Source: Phoronis australis
Taxonomy: Eukaryota; Animalia; Phoronida
Reading direction: 5' to 3'
Length of the DNA stretch: 64,000 nt
Assembly (NCBI GenBank): GCA_002633005.1
Contig: NMRA01000054.1
Span: 990,084-1,054,083, forward strand
Both the position numbers and the translations under genes were made by a program. This document shows, in pieces, positions 23,801-36,734 of the stretch. The notes beneath the pieces were generated by a model that had not been told where the DNA came from, did no database searches, and saw only the letters and a program-made list of their open reading frames with translations. How positions within the stretch are numbered: position 1 is the first letter of the stretch; each line of letters opens with the position of its first letter.

Positions 23801-26800
23801 TCTGATATCGATGTTTTCCATCCTTCTGCCATTAGGGTTAATTTGTCTGCATACCGCCTACTACACAGTGTGGTCACATTATTCTTGGTTTGAGATCAAC
23901 GCTGCCACTCTGGAACTTACTAAGCTTGTTTTCAAAGAGCATTTGATGTGAATGCAGTATCATATTGAAAGTATGTTAGTCTGACTGCTACACAACATGT
24001 TGTTCTTAATAAATGTGTAGTTCGTCATAACATAAAGAAAAAATTCTAGATTCAAAATTATATCGATATTGTTATCCTTGTGTAGTCACTTAGCATGTTG
24101 TAAGAACAGGTGGCTGTCAGTGGTTGATTGACCATGCAAGATGCATTAAACTAGCTCATGTAGTGAAGCCGTCCACTTGTGCTTGATATTGTCTTGATAC
24201 TGTATATCTTGAGCATGGTTTCAAGGAATGACTAACCACTGGCATCCGTTTTTCCAAACCCATTAATCAGTTTAAATCTGGAACAAGTCAAGACCAGTTG
24301 GGAAATGGTCTTGATCAAAAGTTTGCTTCCTCTAGATGCTTTTAAAATGTTGGTGTATTGTTACAGGAAATATTGTCAATCATTCTTGGACTTACTAGAG
24401 AAATTAAATCAATGTTTCTTCGACCATTGCTGTCTTTTTAAGCTTTTGCAGAACCTGCTGGCATGTGTTGATCTTGAGACAAATGGCTGAAAGTTTGAAC
24501 AAAATCCGGTCTCGCATATATGTGAGAGTCAGTTGAATCTCCGAGTGTCACACCTCTTCTGTTTAAAGCTCCCTGATGTTCTCATGACTGATGCATGCCA
24601 ACAGGTGTCGCAGAAGCTTGACGAAACATTGCTTAAATTTCTTGCGTAAGTCCAGTTAAGACTGACCGACTGAAAATCTCCATCAACATGTTGCTGTATT
24701 TTAGTTCCTTCTCATCTTCCGAAAAGCCAAGGCAGGTGATCTGATGCAAGACAGTGGGCTGTACGCATTATACCAGCAGCTGGAGGAGATTGACGTGGAC
24801 AAAGAAGGAGTGGGCGGAGCCAAACACTTTTTTGAGGCAAAGGTAACATCACTCTTTAAGCGCATCGTTGTCAGTTAAGACATAACTGTGCTTTACCTTG
24901 GTTGAAAATACCATAAACCACATGCTAGTGTCACATTGGGCTTTTGTACTGCTCATTTCACAACCACCAAATGTGAATGCTTCTTATTTGTTGGTATTAC
25001 AATAGGCATTTACCACAGTGGCTTTACCTTTACTTGGTTTTTTTATGTGGAGGTTATTAAACAGAGATGTGTGTCTGTGATAACTACTACCCATCCCTGA
25101 CAACATTCTTTGTCCTCTCTCTCTCTCTCTTCTTACCATTTTTGACAATGCGGACTATTCGGACATTAAATCCGTTGTTGGAAATTGAACTTTTTCATTG
25201 TGTGAACGGCAATAAATGTTAACCAGAACAGAAAAGATAAAAAGGCACATTGTAAATGATGTTTGATGTTCCTTTGTTGATTCCTTCCAACCTCTACTGT
25301 GCAACATGCCTCAGCAACACAATGGGGCAACTTACATCACAGTGTCATCATTTTACACCCACAAAGGTGGAATTTGAATGGAGGTCCCATTTGCTCCTCC
25401 AAAGAATTGCCATCTTTTTGTATCCTTGTTTGAATTGAACATGACATGGGAATAGCATTTATAGACCTTGCTACACCAAGATTATGCTAGGTGAGGTGCT
25501 TCACCCCCTCTCCTTCAGCAGCCCGGGGCTTTGTTAAAGTAGTGTGCCTGTAATTATTTCTACCAGATTGGAAACACAAAGGGTATGGTAATGCGCTGTC
25601 TACAGATGGCCAGGGATAGTGAGGTATAATTTGTAAACACAACATATAACAGTGCTTTCCCATTAAGGCATTCTCCTGTTCAGTGACTTTACCAGACATA
25701 GAGCAGTTGTGAGTGTTTGATAACTTCTAGCTCTTTTGTCAACTGCCCAGCACAGTCTTTCATTGTCTGGTATGACAACATCCAGGCCAATTATCTACCA
25801 GGCTTATTACCGACCACGTGTGAACACAGTCAAACCCAGTGGGTCAGGTACGTTCGGACAGAATAGATTGTCTTAACTTCAGTTATTGGGTGATTTTGGT
25901 GATTCTAAAACTAAACGTGATCAGCATTTGACGAGGAATTCAGAAATGTTATTGGTTTATATTCAAACATTTTATAACTTAACTTTTATTTTTAACAGCA
26001 TAACCCAGTCATACGATCTTATCGGAGATTAGATTATCGAACAAATAAGAACTGACTCTCTAACCATAAAGGCCAGAATGGACTTAATTAGTCGCGTAAG
26101 ATATTGGCTACAGTGGTCATCCGCTCAACTTGTTGTTGTGCTATGCAACTAAACAAGTTGCACTCAACAGGAGAACGCTGTAATGCCACTAGAGGCGAAA
26201 CTTTGCTATAAGCAAAGTTTTGGTTAGCGGGAAAGGTTAATTCCGGTAGCGAATCTGCAAGCGAACCTTGACTGAAAATAGTAGGATTTAAAAGCGAAGC
26301 TTCAGTACTCACCGAAACTGCGGTGTAGTGGGAAAGGTCACTGCGAAATGTTGGCGACGTTATTGGTAGAGGTCGCGGCAATGATATGGGATCAGGCGAG
26401 ACTGAATGAGATGAGATATCCCATAATAAAAAACGTGTTCTTTGTTATTGAGGAGTCAGTTTCGTTGGTACATTTCAATTCGTAAATAAACAAAAGAATA
26501 CACATCTGATGAAGAATGACACTTACCATTTTCGTAAACATTGGTAAATGGCGGGAGAACAATTTTCAGTTTAATTAAAACCCATCACTTAATGTTCGTT
26601 TGAGAGCATGAATGAACTGCGCTGTCTGAAATTTTTTTCCAATCACTGAATCGCCATATAACGATAATTTCGATATTGCTGTTTAGTGAGAAAGGTTATC
26701 AAAGTTTCAGCGAAGTTCCCCTAATGGGAAAGCACCTTAAGTCAAGAATTGGTTATAACAAAATGCTTGGCCACACTGATTTAGTGTTTGAAATTTTTGT

Positions 26801-29800
26801 CACCCATCATAACACGCGGACATATAGAGTATGGATAATTTTGAATTACATGTTGGAAAATAGATTATTGTGTAGCCTATAGTGCATAGGGGAACATGGC
26901 TGTTTTTTGAAAAAAAAAACAGGAGTTCTCATTTTCATACAATTTAAGCTATGTCTGGATCAGGATATACTTTTTTGTAAAAGGTCTTTGCTATCCTTAT
27001 TTTGCTTTGTTTGTTCTTCATCAGAGGTTGCATATGTGTTGCATTGTGGTGTCAGAAATACGTGAGCAAACAGTTGTTATCAAGGATAACCCAGTTAAAA
27101 GTACACAGTGCAAATTATTATCTATGAAATGGTTCTCATATTATCATATCTCAGGTTGTGTTGAAGGACGAATAGTCTGACACATTAAACTGTTCGTGAC
27201 AATTGTTATCATTTATTGGCTGAGTTATTACTGTAGGGTTAAAACAGGGAGTTAGAGTGTAAATAATTGCATAGGACAGTAGAGTTGAGCTGAGTAATTA
27301 AAACCACTTATAAATGTCTGAGGGTATTCGTTTTTCTGCCTGATAGGCGAAATAATGCGTTTTTGGTAACGTTTCAAATGTTATTCTGAAATATTTTTAA
27401 ACAATGGAATGGCCATAGCCTTATGTACAAGGCCATACATGCCAAGAATTGCACCATGAAAAGAATCCTATGTTGACACCCTCACTAGTTGAGATTGGTC
27501 AACTCGACTGGTTTGCTTACCTCGGAATCTGCCGTATTGATCAAAGACTCCATGCTGTTGTAGTTAATTACATCGCCTCAGGCTGCTGATGTTACCTTTC
27601 TCTAGATAGACCCATCATAAACGCACTGGAGATGACAATAGTATTTTTAAATTTTCATTTCGAAAGTTTTTAAATAACATATTCGAATAGATTGTGAAAA
27701 TTGGACAAGAAATGTGACTTTTACAACCTAAAACGTTTGTATAATGTTGCCATATCATGTTCCCCATTACATTCGTGAGCCAAGTGTCATTGTATGATTC
27801 TTGGCATGTATGAGGATACTTTGTTTACCTCAAAATCCAACTGCTACCTGCTGATTTGGTAATTAGCCCAATTATGTTGCACACCCAGCAGAATTAATGA
27901 GGAGCATTAACAGGTTTTAGCTTGTAAAAGCCACATTTCATGTCTGATTTTCAAAATTCAAAATCCTACGTAGGTTCACTTTTCACGAAATATTCAAATG
28001 TGCTATTTAAAAACTTTCAAAACAAAAAATTTAAGGAATAATTATACTATTGTCGCTCCTATTTTGTCTATGACGGGGCTGATTATTTAGTGAACGTTGA
28101 CACCTGCAGCCTGTGGCAGTTTAATTCAATTAACTTCAACTGTATAGTGTCTTTGATGATTGCAGCAGATTTCGAGGTACAACCAATCTCGACCAGTGAG
28201 GGTGTCAAGGTACTATTCATGTATTAGGCCAGTCATCATTTTCCTTCAATGTGTTTTCAGCCATGAACAAATGTTCAGCTCTGTCAAAGTTAGTAATAGA
28301 TTGATTGGCTGAAACCGTTGCATGATAATATTGAATAAGCAATAAAAATAAGTATTAGAATGCATGTTGGGAATTTAGTATCATTAGCAACTTGGGTCAT
28401 TTTACAGCCCCTTGTACTTCATCAATAGATTTGTTTGCTGGCCTCATCAGTTCTCCTTATCACCAGCTCTAACCTATGTTCCTTTTGTTTAGAGCAAGGA
28501 TATACTGCCATTATCGATAACTTCACATAAATTGTAGCTGTAAAACACTTGTTAAACTAAATTGCAATATCATAATCATATCTGAAAAGAGGTCATTTCA
28601 AATTGTTTGGCTTCTGAAATAGAATTGCTTATGGAAAATTAGGTTGGGATCTTATTTGCCTAACGAAATACGATTAAAATTAACTAGTAGATCAATTGGG
28701 ATGGATGTGTTCATCTTTACGGCCTTTGAGCCCTGATGCCGGACAAAAGGCTGCATGAACTAGATTGATATCTGGACTAGCCTCCATTTGGAAACCATTG
28801 CCATCTGGAGTTGAAACCTGAAATGGGATGTTTTAATGATTTTATTTCAAGTCCAGACTACAGTTTTCAATTTACTGTATAATCGCGGGTTAACGCTCAT
28901 GCCCGGGTTATCGCCCACCCCGACTTTTGCCAAATTTCAGTTTAAGCGGCCATTGCTTGAGTAATCGCTCACCTCCCTTTCTAACGGTTTCCCAATTTAA
29001 GCGCCTAGGGCGTTAACCTGCGAGCTTACGGTAGTCTATTGTTAAGTGTTTCCAGGGTGACTCGCTGGCCAGTTACGTACCATAAGATTTGCCAAAATCA
29101 TACATCTAGTATGGGTAATTTTTATCGTATTTCTTTTTGAATGAAATATATATGACAGTAAAACAACAATAATGGATCAACAGAAACAGAAATTAAAAGT
29201 AAAACCAAGCACGATATGACAAATGATGACGTAATAAAAGTGTTTGGTTGTTGTTGCGGAAAAAAGTAAAGGAAACAAGAAGTTTAACGTTTAATCCATT
29301 GGGTTCAAGTGAATTAAGTTTATCTATCCAAAATTGTTCTCTTTTGAGTCTGTGAGGGTTATTGGGGTAATGGAATTTTTATATTATTTATACAGAAAGA
29401 TCTTGTAGATTATGGTTTTTATGATTACCTTTTGTGTCGGATATGCTTTTATGTGCTATGCTAAATCTATGATTGCGAAACCGAGTTTGTAAATATGTTG
29501 AGTTTGTCCTATGTATTGAATTGAACATTTTTACAGGGTTTTAAGTAAATAATATTGGTGGTGGTGCAGTCAGAATAAGGCTTTATTTTGAAGTTTTGAG
29601 ATGACTGGAAGAAAGTACTGTCGTTGATAAAGTTACGCATTTTGCATCTAGATTTGTTATGTACATTGTGTGTTGCCAATAGGTTTGTCAGTTTGATTTT
29701 TATTGTCCATATTTGCTCTGAGTAATTTTTTAGACTTTTAAAGTTTCTCCAAGAAATTATAAGTGGATTAGAAAGAAGGTTTTTCATTTGAGGGGGAATA

Positions 29801-30821
29801 TGCAGCCTAGAAAGATGTTTTCTAAAGAAGTGGCTAATCCTGTTTAAGCATGGATTGAACATGGTTATGAAAGGTATTCTATTATTAGTATTGAGGACTT
29901 TCATTTTAGTTCTTAAAGATTCATCTCTTGTGATTGAGTGAGCTTTGTCGAACTGTTTGTGTTTAAGATGCAAGGGGATTTGGGCTGAGCTAACTAATGA
30001 TTGAGTTCTTTTAAACGGTTATTGAAGGCAGTTTCTTCTGAACAAATGCATGGAATTCTAAGTGCAAAGCTATATGGAAGGCTTAGTTTACTGTCGGGAT
30101 GACATGAGTGATAAGACAGATATCGGTTCTTCAGTGGCGTAATGAAAGTGTTAGATTGCTATGGAAAAACGTAAAGGAAGATATAACTTGGCGTAATGAA
30201 AGTGTTAGAGTGTTGCGGAGAAAAGAAAAGGATAGATTTAGTTTGGCCTAATGAAAGTGTTAGATTGTTGTGGAGAAAAGCACAGGAAGATATAATTTGG
30301 CATAATGAAAGTGTTAGATTGTTGCGGAAAAAAGTTAAGGAAGATATAATTAAAATAATCATTAAGTTTTGATGAGGAATTCCATTTCAGAAGTCAAACA
30401 TCAGTGTTAGTCCACAATATATCAAATTTTTTGTTGCCAGTCGTGAAGCCATCCATAGTTGGTTCACCCCTCTGAACAGGTCCCGATGAACAGGCGTCTT
30501 AAGTACAATTACAGTTGAAATAGTTCAGACTTCTTCATGACAGCGAGACTTGTACAAGGTGCCATGAAACAAGCTGAGTTTCTCGTGTACTTGTTTTTCT
30601 GTTAACATCATTAATGAATTATTCTCTTCTTGACCTTACTATCTCATTCCATGTAAATGCATTTTATCTTACAGATAAACAAGCAGACGCAGGACAAGAA
30701 ATTTGAGAATGAGATTTTAGAGGAACAAGCGTTGAAAAAGCAGAAAGCTGAAGAAGATAAAGCCCGGAGGAAAGCCTTCAAAGAAAAGTCTGAATTTTTC
30801 GTGCAAGCTATGAACAACTGA
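17809..30821 (+). CDS. EFHD2: EF-hand domain-containing protein D (swiprosin-1, EFHD1/2 ortholog); exons 17809-17972, 20766-20913, 24705-24842, 30675-30821; 198 aa
   Basis: Spliced ORF of 597 nt: VFNPYTEFKEF, EF-hands YDVGNDKFIDFMELKIMMEKL and QTHLALKEMIREVDEDHDEKINFREFLLIFRKA, EIDVDKEGVGGAKHFFEAK, coiled coil FENEILEEQ...RRKAFKEKSEFF. Confidence 0.95.
18231..19034. mobile_element. ~800 bp non-autonomous DNA transposon (hAT-like TIR CAG(A/G)GCTCGAC) with subterminal tgcgacctg/tgcgagctg repeats
   Basis: cagagctcgac...gtcgagccctg termini; reiterated tgcga(c/g)ctg motifs near both ends; related fragment at ~57345-57425. No clear target-site duplication. Confidence 0.6.
19100..19425 (+). repeat. 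Dispersed repeat; inverted copy at ~25873-26175
   Basis: gcacaacaacaagttgagcggatgacc...gtagccaatatcttac and gatcacgtttagttt...gaatcaccaaaat appear as reverse complements at 25873-26175. Confidence 0.8.
19923..19961 (-). ncRNA. Degenerate minimal hammerhead motif
   Basis: Minus strand: ttgc-CTGAAGA-t-gagac-atgtg-gtctc-GAAATAAA-gcaa; core and both stems present, but no canonical NUH cleavage triplet. Confidence 0.45.
20097..20610. repeat. Minisatellite, 74 bp unit, ~6.7 copies
   Basis: catgatctctacatgaaatacatttgtatagtatgtctggcagctg... recurs at 20161, 20235, 20309, 20383, 20457 and 20527. Confidence 0.95.
20610..20686. repeat. (TG)n/(TGCG) microsatellite
   Basis: Direct reading: tgtgtgtgtgcgtgtgtgtacgtgtgtgcgtg... 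Confidence 0.9.
25873..26175 (-). repeat. Inverted copy of the 19100-19425 repeat
   Basis: Reverse-complement similarity over ~300 bp. Confidence 0.8.
27473..28208. mobile_element. Foldback-type DNA element with ~230 bp diverged inverted arms
   Basis: ttgacaccctcactagttgagattggt...accaatctcgaccagtgagggtgtcaa; arm similarity continues inward (caggctgc/gcagcctg, gacaatagtat/atactattgtc, gaaagtttttaaata/tatttaaaaactttc). Confidence 0.75.
28873..29033. mobile_element. ~160 bp MITE with TA-ended TIRs
   Basis: tactgtataatcgcgggttaacgc...gcgttaacctgcgagcttacggta. Confidence 0.65.
29285..30125 (-). mobile_element. Penelope-like retroelement remnant (post-RT region plus GIY-YIG endonuclease), pseudogenised
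   Basis: Minus-strand peptides YLSYHSCHP..SLPYSFALRI..ICSEE, RIPFITMFNP, CTTTNIIYL..C and REQFWIDKLNSLEPNGLN are typical of PLE ORF C-termini; frameshifts and stops present. Confidence 0.8.
30135..30350. repeat. Tandem repeat, ~54 bp unit x4, adjoining the Penelope remnant
   Basis: gg(c)xtaatgaaagtgttaga recurs at ~30136, 30190, 30245 and 30299. Confidence 0.85.
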
Positions 30822-33800
30822 AGGTCGAGTTTCCTTGAAGTGTTGATATCCCCCACTTGATTTAGGTTTCTTTGCTTCTTGTAGGACCTTTGGGGGACTG
30901 CCTCTAGAATAGCTTTGAATTATGCTGCAAAACTGTGGCCTGTTTTGCATGGTTTGTAAAGCATTTTGTTACTGTATTATAGCTGGGAAGGGCCATATGA
31001 AGCTACACATAGCGACAGTTTAAAATAATGTCACGACAGTACTAGAAGATGTCAAGTTTGAAGCAGAGAAATTGGACACTGAAGCCTTCAATGAATTCCA
31101 CTTATTTCCTGGTTTAACCGTGTTTTAAAAGATAGCATTGTTTTTGGCTTCCAAGTGATGTTACACTACTCGTCTGTTGGTATCAGAAGTTTGAAAGTCT
31201 TGGTGTTCACATCAGCCTCAACTGATTTACCTGTTCAAAGTTATACATTTTAAGAAATCAGTCTCTCTATCCAGAAGGAACACCCTTTTGCGCTGCTTGT
31301 ACAATAACGCAAGTTCCTGAATTTTATATTGCTGTTCAGTTACGGATGCACCCTGTAACCCTGCAGCATTGTACAAAAATGTGTGTCCTACCAGAAAGCA
31401 AATTAGAAGTGAAATTGGGTTTGATATTCATAATTATATGTCTTTCAAATTCCGGACAGTAAAAAGTCTATTTAAGTCTTCCATGGAATTGCTATGACAA
31501 CTTTACATTGTTCTTTGGCATTTCAGCCACAGATCGTGGTAACTTGTGGAAATTAGTCACCAGAAATTGATATTGACGTCGCAGTTTTGCAGATTGATGA
31601 AAGATATTCTATGGTATTTGCTATGTTATCTCAGTAACATATTAGTCTTCCCATTCATATTTAAGTTTACTAAACCTCAATATTTACACAATATGTTGTT
31701 ATTATGAAATCGTTGGCGATTTTTGACATACTGCTGACCTTTTCTAGAAAAATGTTCTTAATGTCTACTGTCAACAGAGCTGTCAAATCCTATCCTTGTT
31801 TAGAATCCTGAGCTGTCTCGCTCTGCTACAATTTTCATAATTCCGTCACGTAATTTTCTTGAAACCTCAGTAAGCATCTCAGGACCTCTGAAATCTTTGT
31901 AAACAATAACGAAACAGTCGAGTTTTAATAATTGTCAACCTTCGTGGTGTCCTTTCTAACCAAAAAATCCATTTTGTGCTCATGAAAACATATATTTTCT
32001 GAATCCTTGATGACTTGGGAAATCTCAATTGCCTTGAAATGTCACACGATTTTTCAAAACCATGTTTGTGCCAGTTTTGTGAGAATTGTCATTTTTGCTT
32101 TAAACATGAATTTCCAAAAGGCCTAAACTGAGATTACTTTGTATTTGGACTAGAGAACAATGTTGCATCGGATTTCTGATATCCGTACAACAGATATATC
32201 AGCCATCAAAGCACTTTTTTAAAACATCGTCACATTGCAAGTCTTTTTTTGTTGGCCTATATCTCTGTTGGTCACAGAATTAAAAAATCCAAGACATAGG
32301 TCCCTCGGCTAATAAAGGTTTTTTATTAGTAGTTTATTTGAAAACATACATAATTACAATAATCAATACAACAATAGGTACAAGGTACAAGAAATTTAAA
32401 AAGATAATTATGTACACTATCTGTATAACACCAACAAGTTAGAAAGTTATTTTCTATGGTGATTTGGTAGGTAATGTGATTGGACTCAAGTCATCCTAAA
32501 CAATCTGCATACTTGGGACATAAATAATGTGTTTAACGAATGAGCAGTAATGATGATTTTACTCAATACAAATATTCACCAAGGTTGACAATTACATTAA
32601 AGCATAGAGTTACCCCAGAATCTATTTATGTTAACCTTTTCTACATCAATGCTCTTATCATTTTCTTATTTACGAATATTTTTTGTAATAACATTTTTAT
32701 GCATCATTATTTATGATAATGTCTCAAGGCCATAAAATGATGCCATGTTTAGTATTAAGTTTTTGTTCCTTAATTAAAAATTCATTGCAGCAACTTTCTT
32801 GCCATAGTGTTGAAAATTGAAATTATGATCTGATTTGTGAAAAGTTATACATTTGAAATTGTGGTACTGATCTGATACTGTTATTTTCCATTTGATCTGA
32901 ATTATGCATGTTTGCTTTGAACCTCGTACTTAAAAAGTAACAATCAAATCAAAACTATGTACATGTTTGATAAGTTTCTATTTACATGTCTTTTTAGCAT
33001 CCCGTTAATAGGAATAAGCTTTTTGTTACAGTCAGTTCTTACAATGTAAACAATTGACTGAAATTTGTTATTGTCTCTGTTTTGAGCAATCTTATCCTTT
33101 AATTTGGTTTTTTTTAATGTTGACCCTTTGTAAAATGAAGCTTGGAAGTTCTGTGTCAGGTTTCTGGATCAACACGGCTTCTAGTTCTGCACTCATGAAC
33201 CTAGTTTCTTATTTTCAAACATGGCTCATGAACCTGATTGAACTCACTGTACACTGACTCTCAAACACGACTCAGCAACCACCAAACTCGGCTCAATGAC
33301 CACCAAACATGATTCAGAAACCACCAAAGAAACTTAACTCAGTGGCCACCAAACATGGGGCTGTTCTTGCAAAGCTCGTCTTGCGCCAGGATTCACTGAT
33401 AAACACGTCTTACTGACCACTCATCGTGGCATGAAGATGTGGAGTTGGTGGGTCATGTTTTGCGAGTCTGGGCATAAATTTCTTGGGTGCAGAGTTTGAG
33501 ATGGTGAACTGAGTTTACTGGGCTAACCTAAGCTGTGTTTATAAACAAAGTGAAGAAATTATGTTGATGAGTGGTCCAGCCCTGTTGTTCCTGTATTCTA
33601 TGTGTTAGCTAGAGAAATTTCTCAATTCAGTCTTTTTATGCTGAAATTGTCATGTGCCATAAATCACAAACGTACTTGGGAAATAACATGAATACCTAGA
33701 CTAGCTTTATTATGAATTGACTTTAAGAATTTGAAAACATATTAATAGAACAAGGATGTAGTTCTGAAAATTGAAAAAGATTACCGCGCGATATTATGCA

Positions 33801-36734
33801 AAAATGCATGCAATGTCTTATGCATAAATGTAATAATTATCCCATTTTTGAATAAAATATTTTACATTTTGTTATGCGACTTTATAAAACACTATGAAAT
33901 TAATGACTTGGTAGTTCACGTACATTGTGATGTAATTCTTCTTACCAAACACTTGGCATTGAAATTAATGGTAGTGTAAAATACTGTAGAGAAATATACA
34001 ATTTGAATGGACCTTTGTTGTTCCTTTGTGTATTCACACAGGTGTCATGGTCAAGAGGTTCCCCAGACTCCCTCAACATGCACACCCCATTCACCAGAGG
34101 TCTCTGTCAGTTCATGCAGAGTTACCTGCATAAGTGATCGAAGCTGTGATGCTTTCTGACCGAAGTACTGCACTCTGATTTAGTTTCACTGCAGAATGGT
34201 GATGGTGGTCTAATTTAAAATCAATGAAAAAAATTCTGTCCTTGAGTACTCTTTCAACACCAGATGCATCCATTTAATTGTACAATATTATTATTGAATG
34301 GTCTTGATGCAACAAAAACAGCAATGTCGTGAATATACTATTCGCAAATATCTTGCCACTGGTAGCCGGGTTTGTTGGTGACACTAGTTTTGTAGCTTCC
34401 TTGTTGCTGGAGACTTAAGTTTTCAAAATAGTCAGATAAGAGTGACATCTTCAGCACCATTTGCGGGATTATCCAGGGGTGTGTTGAACACAAACATGTG
34501 ACCCAGATCCAAGACATTTTAAAATGATGAGCAAGGTCATGCAAGCGATTATCCACCCATAAACTAAAAATAGAGTGAATGTATAATTTATGGAAGGAAA
34601 CTAGACTGCATGAGTAAACCAAAAGAAAACTTTAAATTTTGACCGTTTATTTTCATTTATTATCAGTGACAATTACCCATTCAACAGGTATATTCTTGCT
34701 GGAATCTCCTGTGACTAAAAACTAATAACTGCACCAATTGATTGACCAGTATTCCTAGTACATACCACAAGAGGGAACTTAACACGCTTCCACGGATCTT
34801 GAAAAGGCAAAATACTATATGGCTTTCAAGGAACAGATGAGTTATTGCAAGTGGCATATCCTTATTAGTGATCAAATTCAAAAAAATTCTCAAAAATTTC
34901 GTTGCACTAATAGTAGCCATATTCTAAAATACTACATCTCCAATTCCGTGCCATTTACCCACAATGCTGCGAGAATTTATTGATCATTCTTACTTTTAGT
35001 TCCCCCTAGAAAAACTTAGACTTAAAGTTTTTTTAAAACGATAACAGAAAAAAATATTCTAACTACACTTCCAGGCACTTTTTAAGTACAAATATCTTAA
35101 TATTTACAAAATTTACACTCCAGAAAAACTAAGTACTTCAGCAAGAACACACTAGCAATATTTCACTTTGACAATGCCTCAACAGCGCATTTACTTTAAC
35201 TTCTGCTCACCACTGGGGGGGCAGCTTTCCTTTTCATTGGTACTTAAGTCATGGTATAAAGTACTTTCATATAAAATGTCAGTACAAGGAGCGTCAGTGT
35301 TATTGTGAATTTAGTTATTTACAGTAATTTTGCACATATAAGACTGAAGTTAAGAAAGGTTAAGACACTGAAGTTATCGCAGTTAAATGCATGGGTCACC
35401 AAAGATACTGCAAGATGTCCTCTCAAAAACATGCAGCCGCAGACATGTTTTTTTCTACGTTGAAATGGTAGAATAGTGGACACGTGACAATATAGTATCA
35501 ACAAATACACCACTTGCAACAGATGACAGTGACACCTGCTGATAACTTCAATGACACAAAAGTGCAGGGAAAGTTTACCATTCATATCCACAGACACTCC
35601 CCAAAACATTAACACTAAGTATGAAAGGCCCTATGATTACAACACAGTCGTGTACAACCAATGATCACACACAAAGTAGTAACACCAAACCTAAGGATTG
35701 CACAACAGCAGTATATTCATCATGCCGGGGACTTCATTTGACATTATCAGTGTTAAAGAACACATCTCACACAAGGTTTTTTGGTACTGGAAATTCATTT
35801 TGTACCAAATATGTGTTTTAAAAATGAAAACTAAAAATTGCAAATATCAGTTCCATTCCACAGTGCTCCAGATCTTAATGGGTCATGCAGGGCTCCATTT
35901 CATTTTATGAAAAAATGTTTGAAAACAAGGCAGTAGCATAAAATTTTGACCTCTGATAGCAAACTTGGTGTCATTAAAATCAAGCTTTGTAGGCCAGGAA
36001 ACTGATCCAGGTTGAATTATCTACTATGAAAAAGGCCACAAACAGCAAAACAGTACAAGAAATGCCGGTCATTTCGCCAGGTCTTCACAAGAAAAACGGC
36101 TAAGGGACAATCAAAAAAGTAAAAACAGACGACACTCCATCAATACCAGTAGTATCTCAGGCCTTAACATCACTCTCAACCTTCAGTTTAATGCACACTT
36201 CAACAGTCCAGACACCAGCTGCTTTCCCAGTTGTACACTGGCCTGACCTGTTATGTAAGACCTTTGTGTGTTTTCATTCACTTAGTTTATGTAAACCCTC
36301 CATTGAGGAAACTCCATTGAGGAAAGGAATGGTTAGGTAGGGAAGGTGTTGACATTCTAAATTTAGATCTGCACCAGTTTGCAACATAGAAATGCTTGGA
36401 TCACAAAACTTTAATTTCAATTAACTATAATTTTGCAATGCACATCTAATATCAATGAAAGTTATTTAGTTAACACTTTGTGAATTAAAGGGCAAACACT
36501 GCTGAAAATGACAGGTTACAGTTGCAAAAGATCTACGTATTATGACTATTTTTCACCCATAACAGTACTAGGTGATCGACTGAACAACGGTTTTTATCCA
36601 CTAATGACATGTCGACATGGCAAGAACATCTTGCTGAAAACTCAGCATTCTCAACTCACGGAATAAATGCAAGCAATTGCAATAACTTAAGTGTCAGAAA
36701 TAACTTAAGTGTCAGAAATAACTGGCGCATGTAA

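Noticed and set aside
25920-25960. Hammerhead-like ttgacgaggaattcagaaatgtt in the repeat family
   Set aside because: Core begins TTGA rather than CTGA in both copies and the stems are poor.
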